Shown: positions 1 through 12,108, counted from the stretch's first letter. The stretch is DNA of 64,000 nucleotides from Octopus vulgaris (GCA_951406725.2 OX597823.1:84072001-84136000), one strand, 5' to 3'. Notes: a model not told the origin generated them from the letters alone. A program made the numbers and translations.

Positions 1-1
1 A

Positions 2-149
2 CATATAGAAAAATGTGCAGGTAACATCAAACCAAATTTCACAGTCTTCCCTTTCTACTAGTGCAGAGACGCAATCTCTCAAATAGAACGTTTAAATAAA
101 GAACATTTTTCATTGAAAAATACAAAACACGTCTTAATGTGCACGCATA
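2..149 (+). pseudogene. C-terminal end of a Penelope-like element (PLE) GIY-YIG endonuclease ORF, with an in-frame stop
   Basis: Translates HIEKCAGNIKPNFTVFPFY*CRDAISQIERLNKEHFFIEKYKTRLNVHA*. This matches the typical PLE endonuclease ending (F.(I/V)FPFY...R..KE..FI.K....LN). It is followed by a 3' UTR with a hammerhead-like motif and then microsatellite. Confidence 0.7.
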
Positions 150-340
150 ACCAACTTTTATCTTTTTACGTATTTTAATTCACGATTACATCACTGTACA
201 CAAATCCCCTACTGAACAAAGTTTTTTAAACTTGGCTCTGTCTGTACACATATATAATCCCCACCCATTACCGAAAGCAGAACAGTTATCTCCCTTACAA
301 CAATAGCAATAATAACGACAACCAATTACCTCTCTATATT

Positions 341-473
341 TATCTACTTGTGAAGTCATTCACTCGTGAATTTCATCACACACAACATGGACCAAATTTC
401 TTCTTTAGAAAAAATATTTATTCAAATAAGTAAAATATAATATCATGAATAGCGATGGCGAAACCGGTCGATA
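341..473 (+). ncRNA. Degenerate type I hammerhead ribozyme motif in the PLE 3' region
   Basis: Stem I TATC/GATA; degenerate core CTTGTGAA; stem II GTCATT...GATGGC with a long loop; GAAA (460-463); palindromic CCGG; TC cleavage end. Confidence 0.5.
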
Positions 474-530
474 TATTGAAAATTATATTAAAACTATATA
501 AGTGTGCGTATTTTCCTTTTTTAATTTCTT

Positions 531-544
531 TTATATATAGAGAG

Positions 545-624
<80 letters not shown>

Positions 625-735
625 GTGTATGTATGTATGTATATATGTTTATATATATATGTATATATTAATATATATGTGTGTGTGTATATATGTATAT
701 ATATATATATACGTATATATATATATGTATGTATG

Positions 736-819
<84 letters not shown>

Positions 820-826
820 CATGTAT
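531..826. repeat. Compound microsatellite (GATA)n/(TA)n/(CA)n
   Basis: Directly visible simple repeats; representative of dozens of such tracts in the window. Confidence 0.95.
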
Positions 827-1000
827 GTTTAAAAGATAAACTTCTGGAAAGTTTTACAGATTTTTACAGTTCCAGTGATGGCTTGGATCTGCAGTCTTCA
901 AATCAGCTTTCTTCTTTCTGATTTTGAGAAGACTAATTTCTCAAGATTGGTACTAAGGCAGTGTGTTACATATCCCAGCGCCTTAATAATTACAAATATA

Positions 1001-1050
1001 AAACTGAAATTTCAATCTGGATAGAGTAGCTGTAGATTCTTCAGTAGTTT
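1001..1050 (-). ncRNA. Possible degenerate hammerhead motif
   Basis: Minus strand reads AAACT-A-CTGAAGA-ATCT..AGAT-T-GAAA-TT-TC-AGTTT. Stems I and II pair, but stem III is non-canonical. Confidence 0.35.
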
Positions 1051-1579
1051 AGCGTATGTATGTATGTATGTATGTATGTATGTATGTATGTATGTATGTA
1101 TGTATGTATGTATGTATGTATGTACGTTTGTATATATGTAATGTTTGTTTTTCTCTCAAGTTGTATCTGAAAACAATTTTACATACAGCTGAAGTACTAC
1201 TGAATACTTTTTCGAAGAGTTCGTGCGTATTAAACTTTTACAAGAGGAGTGACAGTGACTTCGAAGTTTTGACCTGGTAACCTTTGCCATAAAATACCAT
1301 ACATATATATCATATCATACGCACGCGTGCGCGTACACACACACAAAACACGTATAAAAGCTTAATGCCAATATACCATTATAATAACGCAGTAAACTAG
1401 TTGGGGAAATATAATATATTACTATAATTTATGCAATGAATAAAAGAAAATATTATTCGCTACGTCACTAATATTAATTAATTCTGGTCATTACAAATAA
1501 AGGCGATAACTACCGGCATATGTGTTGGCACACCATCTCACAAACATATCCAATTAAATATATTCACTAAAAGCTCACC

Positions 1580-1872
1580 TTTTCCTGAGCCACGCCTGGA
1601 TCATAAGGGACGGTTTCCTGGTTTCCTTGGCGTATACATTCCCCATCTGGACGAGACGCCGGTCGTCTCAGGTTAGCTGCAAGATGCAGGAAGAAAGAGT
1701 GAAAGAAAGTTGTGGCGAAAGTGTCAGCAGAAGTTCGCCATTACCTTCTGCTGGAGCCGCGTGGAGCTTAGGTGTTTCACTCATAAACACACACATCGCC
1801 CAGTCTGAGATTCGAACCCGCGATCCCTCGACCGCGATTCCGCTGCTCTAACCACTAGGCCATGTGTCTCCA
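1580..1872 (-). mobile_element. tRNA-derived SINE (same family as 62783-63091)
   Basis: Minus strand has an A box (TGGCCTAGTGG) and B box (GGTTCGAATC); body homologous to 62783-63091. Confidence 0.8.
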
Positions 1873-1879
1873 CTAAATG

Positions 1880-2110
1880 TTCCTTCTCGAGCCAGGCCTG
1901 GCTTCCCGGTTTCAGTGGCGTAGAAATTCCCCACCTGGACAGGACGCCAGTCCGTCGCAAGATTACTCACTTTTGCCAGCTGAGTGGACTGGAGTAACGT
2001 GAAAGGAAATGTTTTGCTCAAGAGCACAACGCATCACCCGGTGCAGGAATCGAAACCACAACCTTACGATGGTGAGTTCAACACGTTAACCACTAAGCCA
2101 CGCGCCTCCG
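1880..2110 (-). mobile_element. tRNA-derived SINE sharing its 3' tail with the adjacent SINE
   Basis: Head GGAGGCGCGTGGCTTAGTGG...TTCGATTCC; CORE-like CTTGAGCAAAACATTT; same CCAGGTGGGGAA tail as 1580-1872. A similar copy lies at 58875-59080. Confidence 0.7.
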
Positions 2111-2404
2111 CTCGTGAACGTGTTAGTGATTAAAAAGAGATGTACTGTCGCGCAATAATGTACATAATTACGTATGAAATATTATTAGGATAGACGGATA
2201 TTACATATATACGCCACCTGTGCTGGCACACCATCTCACAAACATAGCATACAAAAGTACAGCCACATACGAACGTGTAGTAGAAGAGACGAACGTCTTG
2301 TACAGTAATTTATTGACTCAGAAAGGCTTAAAGGCAAAGTTGATTTCGGTGGAACTTTAACTCACGGTATGCATGCATAAATATTCATAGATTGACAAGA
2401 AAGC

Positions 2405-2486
<82 letters not shown>

Positions 2487-2492
2487 TTAGAT

Positions 2493-2555
<63 letters not shown>

Positions 2556-2634
2556 GTAGGTGTGTATATATATATACACCTACTGACATGATAACATGAC
2601 CGAGTTGTGAAATGGTGGTTCGTCTCTAAATTAG

Positions 2635-2675
<41 letters not shown>

Positions 2676-3583
2676 CATACATACATATTTATATATGCAT
2701 ATATATAAACATATACATATGTATAAACATGTCAACATATATATACTTAGATATATATGTACATGTACATATATACACATACACACAGACACACACACAC
2801 ACATCCATATATATATATATGTACGTCTGTGGGTGTATATACAAATATACATACACACACATACATAATGTATGTATGTATGTATATATGTGTATATATA
2901 TATACACATTATTATTATAGTAGAGCTGTGCTAATTTATCTTTCCATTGCATCAGTTTTCATGCCTATAGGAATGCAATTTCATAGCAATCGTCAGATAA
3001 ACATCAAGACATGTGTGTGTGCATGTGTGTGTGTGTATGTGTGTGTGTGTATGTGTGTGTGCATGTGCGTGTATGTATGTGTGTGTGTGTGTGTGTTTTG
3101 TACTATTATGCTATCATGTCATCTTGTACATATTCATGGGTGTATGTTTCAATGAAAGAGACGTAAAGATATGACTAAATAAACTTGTACTGCCATCGAC
3201 TAGCAGGAAAATACGTCAGAAAGTCATCAAATTCATTTCCTTCTTCTCTTTAAACTTTCTTTGTGCCATAGCTAACTAATTCTTCAACATAATAAACATT
3301 TCCCAGTCAGTCACCGTTGCAGGATATTCATTAATAGAAATAATATAAAGCGAAGTCATAGTTGTACAACAAATATGGAGAACGCAATTACAAGTAATTC
3401 AAAAGTGATTGCATGGTGAAGAGGTTCGCTTGCTTCGAAACCATGTGTTTCCAGGTTCAATAACACACCACTGCACGTTGAACTAGCGTCTCCAACTACA
3501 GCTATGGGTTGACCAATTCCTTATAAGTGGAATTTGAATGAGACACATCGTTCGAAATCCCAAAGTACATATATACACACGCG

Positions 3584-3619
<36 letters not shown>

Positions 3620-3620
<1 letters not shown>

Positions 3621-3839
3621 TTTATTTTAAGCAGCAGAAAATTCAACAAAATCTGTTACTCTGAGTTTCTCGTTGCCGTTCATCAGACAGTTGCAAAAAC
3701 TGTCTGATGAACGGCAACGAGAAACTCAGAGTAACAGATTTTGTTGAATTTTCTGCTGCTTAAAATAAAGCATATTACTCTACCACTGGTATTTGAGTAC
3801 TCTTTTTTCCACCTTGTTTCACATTTATGTGTTTACTCC

Positions 3840-3842
<3 letters not shown>
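3620..3842 (+). mobile_element. PLE-like fold-back element: perfect 73-bp inverted repeat plus 3' tail, within (TA)n
   Basis: 3620-3692 is the exact reverse complement of 3698-3770 (5-nt loop GCAAA). Unique tail to 3842; (TA)n on both sides. Confidence 0.8.
3695..3742 (+). ncRNA. Minimal type I hammerhead ribozyme motif
   Basis: Stem I AAAAACTGT/ACAGATTTT (8 of 9 pair); CTGATGA 3704-3710; stem II a-CG-GCAA-CG-a; GAAA 3721-3724; stem III CTC-A-GAG; GTA cleavage triplet ending at 3733. Confidence 0.65.
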
Positions 3843-3890
<48 letters not shown>

Positions 3891-3893
<3 letters not shown>

Positions 3894-4583
3894 AATTAAG
3901 GACTGAACACGAAAAGTGGACAGTCAACATGCTAGATATAGACGCCAAATCGCCATTCTCCACAAAAGATTATGTTCTCTCAAATCAAACTCATCACAAA
4001 CCCAAGCAATAAACAAGTGAAAATATACGAAATACAATACTTATCCATGTACTGATTCTACCCTTAATTGATTTTATATAAATAAATATGTTCTCTAACC
4101 GATAAATTGACTGCTGCTAATTATTAGCTGCAGGCTAGTTTCTTCGGGTCTCAACGCGCCAAAGTAAAGGCATTTGAAAGATACATTCGAATGTAATAGG
4201 TTGAACTCCACGCACATGATACTCCGGCATCGTTTTTGCATCTAGTTCAGCAAATTGCATTTATATCGGGCCATGCTGACGAAGGCTACAGGTATCCTTG
4301 CGGATAATAATAGCCGAAACTGAATCAGTACATGGATAAGTATTGTATTTCGTATATTTTCACTTGTTTATTGCTTGGGTTTGTGATGAGTTTGATTTGA
4401 GAACATAATCTTTTGTGGAGAATGGCGATTTGGCGTCTATATCTAGCATGTTGACTGTCCACCTTTCGTGTTCAGTCCTTAATTGGTATATATAAATATT
4501 TAATCTTCGGATTCTTTTTTTAATATGCTAGACCACTGGTTTTAATTGATAAATATTGATTTCTACCCTTAATTAATTTTATT

Positions 4584-4590
<7 letters not shown>
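3891..4590 (+). mobile_element. Non-coding PLE/retrozyme-like element with inverted 5' arm and terminal redundancy
   Basis: 3891-4058 is an inverted copy of 4322-4487. TTCTACCCTTAATT is directly repeated at 4056 and 4561 (505-nt unit). Flanked by (TA)n. Confidence 0.75.
4271..4335 (+). ncRNA. Type I hammerhead ribozyme
   Basis: Stem I CCATG/CATGG; CTGACGA plus an extra A; stem II GGCTA...TAGCC; GAAA; stem III CTG-AAT-CAG; GTA cleavage triplet ending at 4330. Confidence 0.85.
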
Positions 4591-4654
<64 letters not shown>

Positions 4655-4916
4655 ATATGCATATATATCCTTATATGTGTTTGTGTGTGTGAATGCATGT
4701 GCATAAATGTGTATACATATGTACATATATATTGTTTATATACATATATATATATATATATCAAATAGAAATTAAAAACAGAACACAAAGGATATCGCGG
4801 TACACGTGTTTCAAGCTTTATAAACAATCCGTTATTACATCAGTGTATTGTTGATCACTATCTTGCATATACAGGTGCTTAAGCTTATCAAGTATGCACT
4901 CTAAATATGTGTGTGT

Positions 4917-4980
<64 letters not shown>

Positions 4981-5339
4981 GTGTATGTATGTATGTATGA
5001 CTTTATTAAAACTCTTTTTCGTAAAAGAAATTTTCTTTTGTAGGGAAATGTCATCCAAGCGGGAACCAGTTTTGCGCTATTATCGGTTGATGATTCTGGA
5101 TATCATTCACGTGTTTATGTACTAATGTTCTTGGTTGGTTTGTTTTACCATTTTAGTACTTTCCACTTCCGAAAGTTCAGTTGTCTCTGTGGAGACTTCA
5201 TTCTTTTCGACCCTGTTGAAAGAAAGCAGAAAATATACATAGAATAATCATTTTTTAAAAATCACAGTGCAGTCGATTAATAAGTTCTTACATATAAGAA
5301 CTTATTAATTGAATATGTATATTCCCTGTTTTCTTTAAA

Positions 5340-5377
<38 letters not shown>

Positions 5378-5414
5378 TATACACATACTTATATGTACAT
5401 TCTTACATCTATAA

Positions 5415-5459
<45 letters not shown>

Positions 5460-5463
<4 letters not shown>

Positions 5464-6252
5464 AAAAGCAATTAAGATTCAAGTCAATTCTAATGAATTC
5501 ACTTGAATGCGGTACTTAACTTAGATGCACCAGAAAACTATATGGTGTTAACCATACCGTAATGTGGGGTGATTATAAGCGAGAAAGAAGCAACAAGAAT
5601 GGATTAGTTTTTAGTACAATTGTTTCATACAAAGACAGGTTTTATTAAAAGTTGCAAATATTGCAGCAGATAAAAGTGTCCCGTACTCATCAGCTAAAAC
5701 ACATATGAGTTCTCCAAACATCTTAGTGGGTGAGGCTACACTCATGAAGTATTGGAGATAATTTCATTAAAAGCAGATTCAGGTTGCAAACAGACTTCCG
5801 AAGTTCTTTAATGATGATGCACAGTCTTATCACAGGTTTTAAAAAAACTTATTAGCTTCACAGAGAAGGTGAATTAATCCGTAGTGTAGGTGTAAATTTC
5901 CAGAGATATGAAACACCTCCTCATATCTCTGGAAATTTACACCTACACTACGGATTAATTCACCTTCTCTGTGAAGCTAATAAGTTTTTTTAAAACCTGT
6001 GATAAGACTGTGCATCATCATTAAAGAACTTCGGAAGTCTGTTTGCAACCTGAATCTGCTTTTAATGAAATTATCTCCAATACTTCATGAGTGTAGCCTC
6101 ACCCACTAAGATGTTTGGAGAACTCATATGTGTTTTAGCTGATGAGTACGGACACTTTTATCTGCTGCAATATTTGCAACTTTTAATAAAGCCTGTCTTT
6201 GTATGAAACAATTGTACTAAAAACTAATCCATTCTTGTTGCTTCTTTCTCGC
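5460..6252 (-). mobile_element. PLE-like fold-back element with ~333-bp near-perfect inverted repeat, within (TA)n
   Basis: Arms 5579-5911 and 5921-6252 with a 9-nt loop. I see only one substitution and one 1-nt indel between them. Unique tail 5460-5578; (TA)n flanks. Confidence 0.85.
6133..6222 (+). ncRNA. Type I hammerhead ribozyme with extended stem II (mirror copy at 5609-5699, minus strand)
   Basis: Stem I TTTTAG/CTAAAA; CTGATGA 6139-6145; stem II GTAC...GTAT enclosing ~50 nt; GAAA 6205-6208; palindromic CAATTG; GTA cleavage triplet. Confidence 0.8.
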
Positions 6253-6303
<51 letters not shown>

Positions 6304-6674
6304 TATATACATACGTATATGTACATACTTACATCTATACATACATATATATATATATATATATATGATATATATATATATATATATATACATACATATA
6401 TATATATGATAGGAAAAATTTTCAGTGGTCAATAAAATCAGCTTACCTCTGCTAGGCCAGCAAAATTAATGATGATTAATATGATTCCAAGGTTTCGAAT
6501 TTAGCGCCAAACAGTGCCTGATTCGCTTCAGTCATAATCTGCCAAATAACGACTACTGAAATTTGCCCCACCCTGCCTGCAAATTCGTTCGAAGTGATCA
6601 AACACTATTTGGACAAACGAAATATGTGAAATTATTTTGTAAGTAAATATGAGAGTGATAGAATTATCAAAGTG

Positions 6675-6964
6675 CCATCACAAGCGAATACCAGCCGTAC
6701 AGGAAAATTAATAAAATATACATACATACATACATACATTATGGCTGCCCCCTCGTTATCGAGTATGGCCATAGCACGAAGCTTAACTGTTACTGGTGCT
6801 GTGATCGAATGTGACTTTTTAGCCCAGCTAAAGATCAACAATGTACAGAATTGGCAACTAATACCTTTACCGGTAATATCTGTAGTTGTAACTGGGCTTC
6901 ATGTACCTTTGCATGTCGTTTAAGTCCTCCTGCCGAATTACATACATACATACATACATGCATG

Positions 6965-7003
<39 letters not shown>

Positions 7004-7233
7004 GACTACCTACATCGCTAAAAGTAGAAGTCAAAAATACTTCTGTGTTACGGAATAGTCTTATATACCGTATGGATAGTGTTATAACCCCATACAAAAC
7101 GTTTTTTCTAAATTTTAAGCCCCCAAAATTAGGGTTGTTCCTTATGCATGCGTGTTTCTTATTTACGTTAAAATATGGTATATATGTATGTTCCATTAAT
7201 GTGCCCGTACGGCTCGAATTTGCTTGCCAATGG
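6675..7233. mobile_element. Degenerate MITE-like element (imperfect ~48-bp terminal inverted repeats) with a nested LINE fragment
   Basis: CCATCACAAGCGAATACCAGCCGTACAGG at the left end resembles the reverse complement of CCCGTACGGCTCGAATTTGCTTGCCAATGG at the right end. Confidence 0.45.
6738..6940 (-). mobile_element. RTE-clade LINE 3' end (C2H2-like C-terminus) in (CATA)n
   Basis: Minus strand gives SAGGLKRHAKVH...SLAGLKSHIRSQHQ*, followed by a short UTR ending GAGGGGGCAGCCAT(AATGT)n. Confidence 0.55.
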
Positions 7234-7462
7234 TGATAATATATTGATAATACTATCGTTCTCATATTTACTTTTATATATATAAGATTAAACCAGAAAA
7301 ATGGCTGTGACAACCAGCCAAGTAAACCATGGTGGGAATTGAGCTCAGAACACAAAGAATCGGAACAAACAACGCGTTGCACTCGGTCTGACGTCCACCA
7401 CTGTCACTGGTCTCGTAGAGGTTGGAAAGAACATGAGTACAGCTTTTCCTTAGAACTAACAT

Positions 7463-7860
7463 ATGTAGGAGTAGTTGTGTGGTAAGTAGCTTACTTACCA
7501 ACCACATGGCCCCGGGTTCAGTCCCACTGTGTGGCACCTTGGGCAAGTGTCTTCTCCTATAGCCTCGGGCCGACTAAAGTCTTGTGAGTGGATTTGGTCG
7601 ACGGAAACTGAAAGAAGCCCGTCGTATATATGTATATATATGCATGTGTGTGTATATGTTTGTGTGTCTGTGTTTGTCCCCCCAACATCACTTGACAAGC
7701 AATGCTGGTGTGCTTACGTCCCCGTAACTTAGCGGTTCGGCAAAAGAGACCGATAGAATAAGTACTAGGCTTACAAAGAATAAGTCCTGGGGTCGATTTG
7801 CTCGACTAAAGGCGGTGCTCCAGCATGGTCACAGTCAAATGACTGAAACAAGTAAAAGAG
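7463..7860 (+). mobile_element. CORE-type tRNA SINE with an internal microsatellite (most abundant family)
   Basis: tRNA-like head GGAGT(G/A)G(C/T)TGTGTGGTAAG...GGTTCAGTCCC; CORE-like ACCTTGGGCAAGTG; tail CAGCATGG...GAAACAAGTAAAAGAG. Other full or partial copies at about 14232, 25483(-), 26212, 33070(-), 33732, 36280(-), 38167, 44095, 46695(-), 47136(-), 51342, 52092 and 63610. Confidence 0.9.
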
Positions 7861-7996
7861 TTATCCGATGTATCTTTGCGCGTTTGAAGACTATAACGTT
7901 TTAGAAACATTTGGTTTCTATTTCTAACAGGAAAAGCGACCACATAGAGATTACTCGATGACGCTCATCAGTGATCACGTAAACTTCTGCCGTGTA

Positions 7997-8780
7997 TTGA
8001 TTAAAAGAACTAGATGTCACTTTAATGAAACTGTTCTGTTATCTGGAATCATTGTGTTGGAAACTAATGTCAGATGAATTAACGAAAGTACGTTGTTTTG
8101 ATCTTCCGTGAAAATATTTTCTATTTTATGTAAAACCAGTAAAAAGTTCGAGTACGAAAGAGAAAAAGAAAAAAAGTTTATGATTGAATTCCAAGTTATA
8201 TAAACGATTTGTCTTTCACTTCAGATGTTTAATGTTGCTTTTATTATAGGAACCTACCGTCTCTGCTCACTGACTGACCTGACATCTGTTGATGATGTTA
8301 AATTATTTTACGTCCATTTCAGATTTTAAATTTTAAGAGATTGAACAATGGTATGCTGTGATAGTCGTATCTTTCCAAAACACATAATACTCGTTCAGAA
8401 GCGTTAGCGCGTCAGGCAAAACGTTTGACGGCATTGCTTACATCTTTACGTATTGAGTTGAAACTCCATCGAAGTCGGCTTAGCCCTTCACTATTGATAA
8501 AAATAAAAGTATCTGTTGTCACTGGGGTCAGTGTACTAAATTCTTTGCCCCAATGGTTACATGAATTTCTATTGTGCATTGTTTAAAAGAACTTCATTAC
8601 ACTTTAATGTAACTGTTCTGTAGTTTGGATTCGATGTACTGGAAATTAATGTCAGATGAAATGAATTAATGAAATTTCGTTGTTTTGATCTTCCGTGAAG
8701 AATATTTTCTATTTTCTGTAAAAGGAGAGAAAAGTTCAATAAAGAAAGAGATAAAATAAATAGTATGGTCGAATTCTAAA
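7997..8780 (+). repeat. Diverged ~200-bp local direct duplication (7997-8195 and 8578-8780)
   Basis: Shared CACTTTAATG(A/T)AACTGTTCTGT...TAATGTCAGATGAA...CGTTGTTTTGATCTTCCGTGAA...ATATTTTCTATTTT. Confidence 0.75.
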
Positions 8781-10442
8781 GTATTATTAATGGTTGTTTT
8801 TTTTCTCTTTCTTCACGACTTTAATATTTCTTTTGGTCTCTCTCAAACTATGCTACCACGTTTACCGTGATTCGTTTAAGGTGCTCGTTGTAGTATCGAA
8901 CCAGGTACCCTATCGTCGCGAAGCTAAAATAGATACAAAATGTATTACAGTATTCAGGATCTAACGAAGAGGTTTCTGCTTGATCAATCACCAGCAAGAA
9001 ATAGCATCAAGTTTCGTTGAACTATACATTACTTTAGTCATAATATTTTCTACTATAGTCACAAGGCCTGAAATTTGATAGGAGGGGACTGGTTGATTAC
9101 ATCGACCCCTGTGAAGACAAAGTTGAAGACCCCTGAAAGGCAAAGTTGACCTCAGCGGAATTTGAACTCAGATCGTAAAGACGGGCGAAACGCCGCTAAG
9201 CATTTTTTCCCGGCATTCTAACGATTCCGCCAGATCGTCGCCTTAATCGCTTTAGCCATAATAATGATAAGCATACATTGAGAAGAACACATTAGATGTA
9301 GATATAAAGGCGATGATTAATAGTTACACGTGGAACGCTTTTGATCTTAGGTCTGTTCAAACCAATCTTACCTGAGGCTAATACACACTAACATGAGTCT
9401 TACGATATTTAATTTTTATAGCAGAACTATGACCAAAGGTGTTTCAATCATAGCTATTCTGTATCTTTTTTAAAAACTGTAGTAATTAGAGTGAATTTAG
9501 CTACTATTCCTAGCATTTGGAATGATCACGTTGAGGGTCTCTCGTTGACTCCTGGCTTTTTTTCTGCCTTCTATTTTTACTTGTTTCAGTCATTGGGCTG
9601 CGGCCATGCTGGAGTTCCCCTTGAAGGGTTTAGTTGAATTACTTTCAGTATTCATTTTTTAAAGTCTGGTACATATTCCAATTTTATCGGTTTCTTTTAC
9701 TGAACCGTTAAGCTATGGAGTCTTAATGACGTCGGAAGGTCGACTTGACTTTCTGGTGTAATTCCTCCTGAATCGATAAAAAGAGAACCATTAGAATATT
9801 GTGGTTAATTCAATCAACTAAGCCTTTCCCATAACAAAAAAGAAATCGACTTCAGTCGAATTTACACTGAAGACATGAAGAACGAGACTACAAAATGCTG
9901 TGAGTCTAATGCTGTCCAATTAAGAGAATAAGGCAGAAATTCGAAATGTAAATATGAAAGGATAACTGTGTAAGAAAAGTGAAACGTTTTCAGCCAGGAA
10001 TTGAAAACCGTATCGTGTGTAACGAATTGCCGTGAAATCCTTGTTATGCGAAATCCATCACCGATTTACCTTCAATACTGGCTCTGTGCCTGATTAACAG
10101 AAAGCGTTTCGATAAATACAGCAACAAATACGAAAATTAATGATTTTTTAATATTTTAGTTATTGTTTCGTTTTGTTTCTGCTGCGGTTTTTTTTTGGTT
10201 TGTTTTGTTTTTGGTTTTGTTTTGTTTATTTATTTATTTATTTATTTCGTTTTACATCAATAAAATGATTGCTAACGTTAATGATTTCTAACGTTAATAG
10301 CATTAAGAACAATAATAAATGATACGTTAATGAAAGTTATGATAGCAAATGCCAAAGGAGAAACCATTTAAGGAAATTGCTTTTGAATTTTGTTTTTATA
10401 CCATAGTAATTATATACAAAAAGGAATATTATCTACAACAGA

Positions 10443-10490
<48 letters not shown>

Positions 10491-12063
10491 AGGTAGTGAG
10501 GTGGAGAGAGATGCTAAAGCTGACAGTGAAAAATAAATCTTCAAACGTGGTTGCATGGTTGACAAGAAATGAGGAGAAAAGCCTGTTACGATGTGAGCAA
10601 AGAGAACCTAAGCATATCTGTGTAGCATCAATACTATTCAGCACTGTCGTTCTGAGTTCAAATTCCGCCGAGGTCGACTCTACCTTTCATCCTTTCGGGG
10701 TCGATAAATTAAGTACCAGTTACGCACCGGGGTCGATATAACCGACTTAATCCGTTTGTCTGTCCTTGTTTGTCCTCTCTATGTTTAGCCCCTTGTGGGT
10801 AGTAAAGAAATAACTATTCAGCACTGTTGGGGAGCGCGGTACTGCTGAAAGGTGCCGAAACTATAATTATCTCCAGTTAGTAGCTGATGAAGGGGTTGTC
10901 CCCCCATGCAAGTTATCTATAAAATACAAAATACAAATATTATTTTACTTTTATCCTTGACATACCTTTGTTCATTCGAGAGTTGTTATGAAATAAAAGA
11001 TAAAAGCCTTGATTATATTCAAGTTTCTCATCCGCAATAGCCCTTCCAGGATTTACAAATTTGAATTAGCAGGTTTGGCCTTAGCTGGTCATCCAAATCT
11101 AATTACCTGTTCCGTTTTCTTCTTCCATTACCTGGCACCAATAAAAGTCCCTCTAAATGATTCTATGCAATGTAACTGTTCTTAAAACTAATGAAGCGCG
11201 GTATCTTCAAACGCTGTTATTATTGATATACAACAGAACAGGTGGTTTGCTCGGTAAGTGAGGAGAAATGTAGAGAGAAGATTGATTCGGTCAATGAATA
11301 ATTTGATTTTTCTCATAACAAACAGATTTCATCGTACAAGAGCTGACTCTGTCAACCGATATGAACTATGTCGATTTATGATCTGAGTTTAACTCTTGCA
11401 GAGGTCGACTTTCGCTTTTATCTTTCAAGTTCGAATCGATTAAACGCCAGTCATATACAGCGGTCAATTCATTTGTCGACTGCATAATTCTTCAACATAT
11501 TTGTGAGTTTGTGTCAAAGCTAGATAGCATTATTATTGTTGTTGTCATTGCAATTGTAGACACTATTGTTTTTGATGGTGGTGATACTGCTGCTGCTGTC
11601 TTCTTCTTCTTCTTCTTCTTCTTCTTCTTCTTCTTCTTCTTCTTCTTCTTCTTCTTCTTCTTCTTCTTCTTCTTCCAATCAGGACTCACGCCATCAGCCA
11701 TAAGGAATAATCTCTAATTCGAGCCTACTCTACTAAGCTACTGAGAATGCGTCAGGCAACTTGAAGATCCGCCCACCACACGCGATAGACTGGCGGTTGC
11801 ACGAGCGCGAAAGCTACGTTGTTATCCTCATTCCGTAAACGGTGGCTTTTAACGGGTGGAGAGCTGAACCATCCTGGGGTACAGAGGATTCGCAATCTAG
11901 TCTAGGGTCTGAAAGTTTACCACACCATGGTTCCTCTGCTTTGTGGCAGAAGTTGGAAGAAAGAGTGAGAGAAAGTTGAAGCCAACCGCCACCCAATAAA
12001 ACAATGAACTCGATTTCAATGTATCACTTCAATGCTGAAATTTTAAAAGCCTCGGTGGGGTTG

Positions 12064-12108
<45 letters not shown>

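Noticed and set aside
531-3155. Numerous [16 protein letters not shown] ORFs here and throughout the window
   Set aside because: Microsatellite artefacts.
10845-10910. GCCGAAAC...CTGATGAAGGGG hammerhead-like words
   Set aside because: Element order and spacing do not allow stem I to form, and there is no GAAA after the GGGG/CCCC stem.
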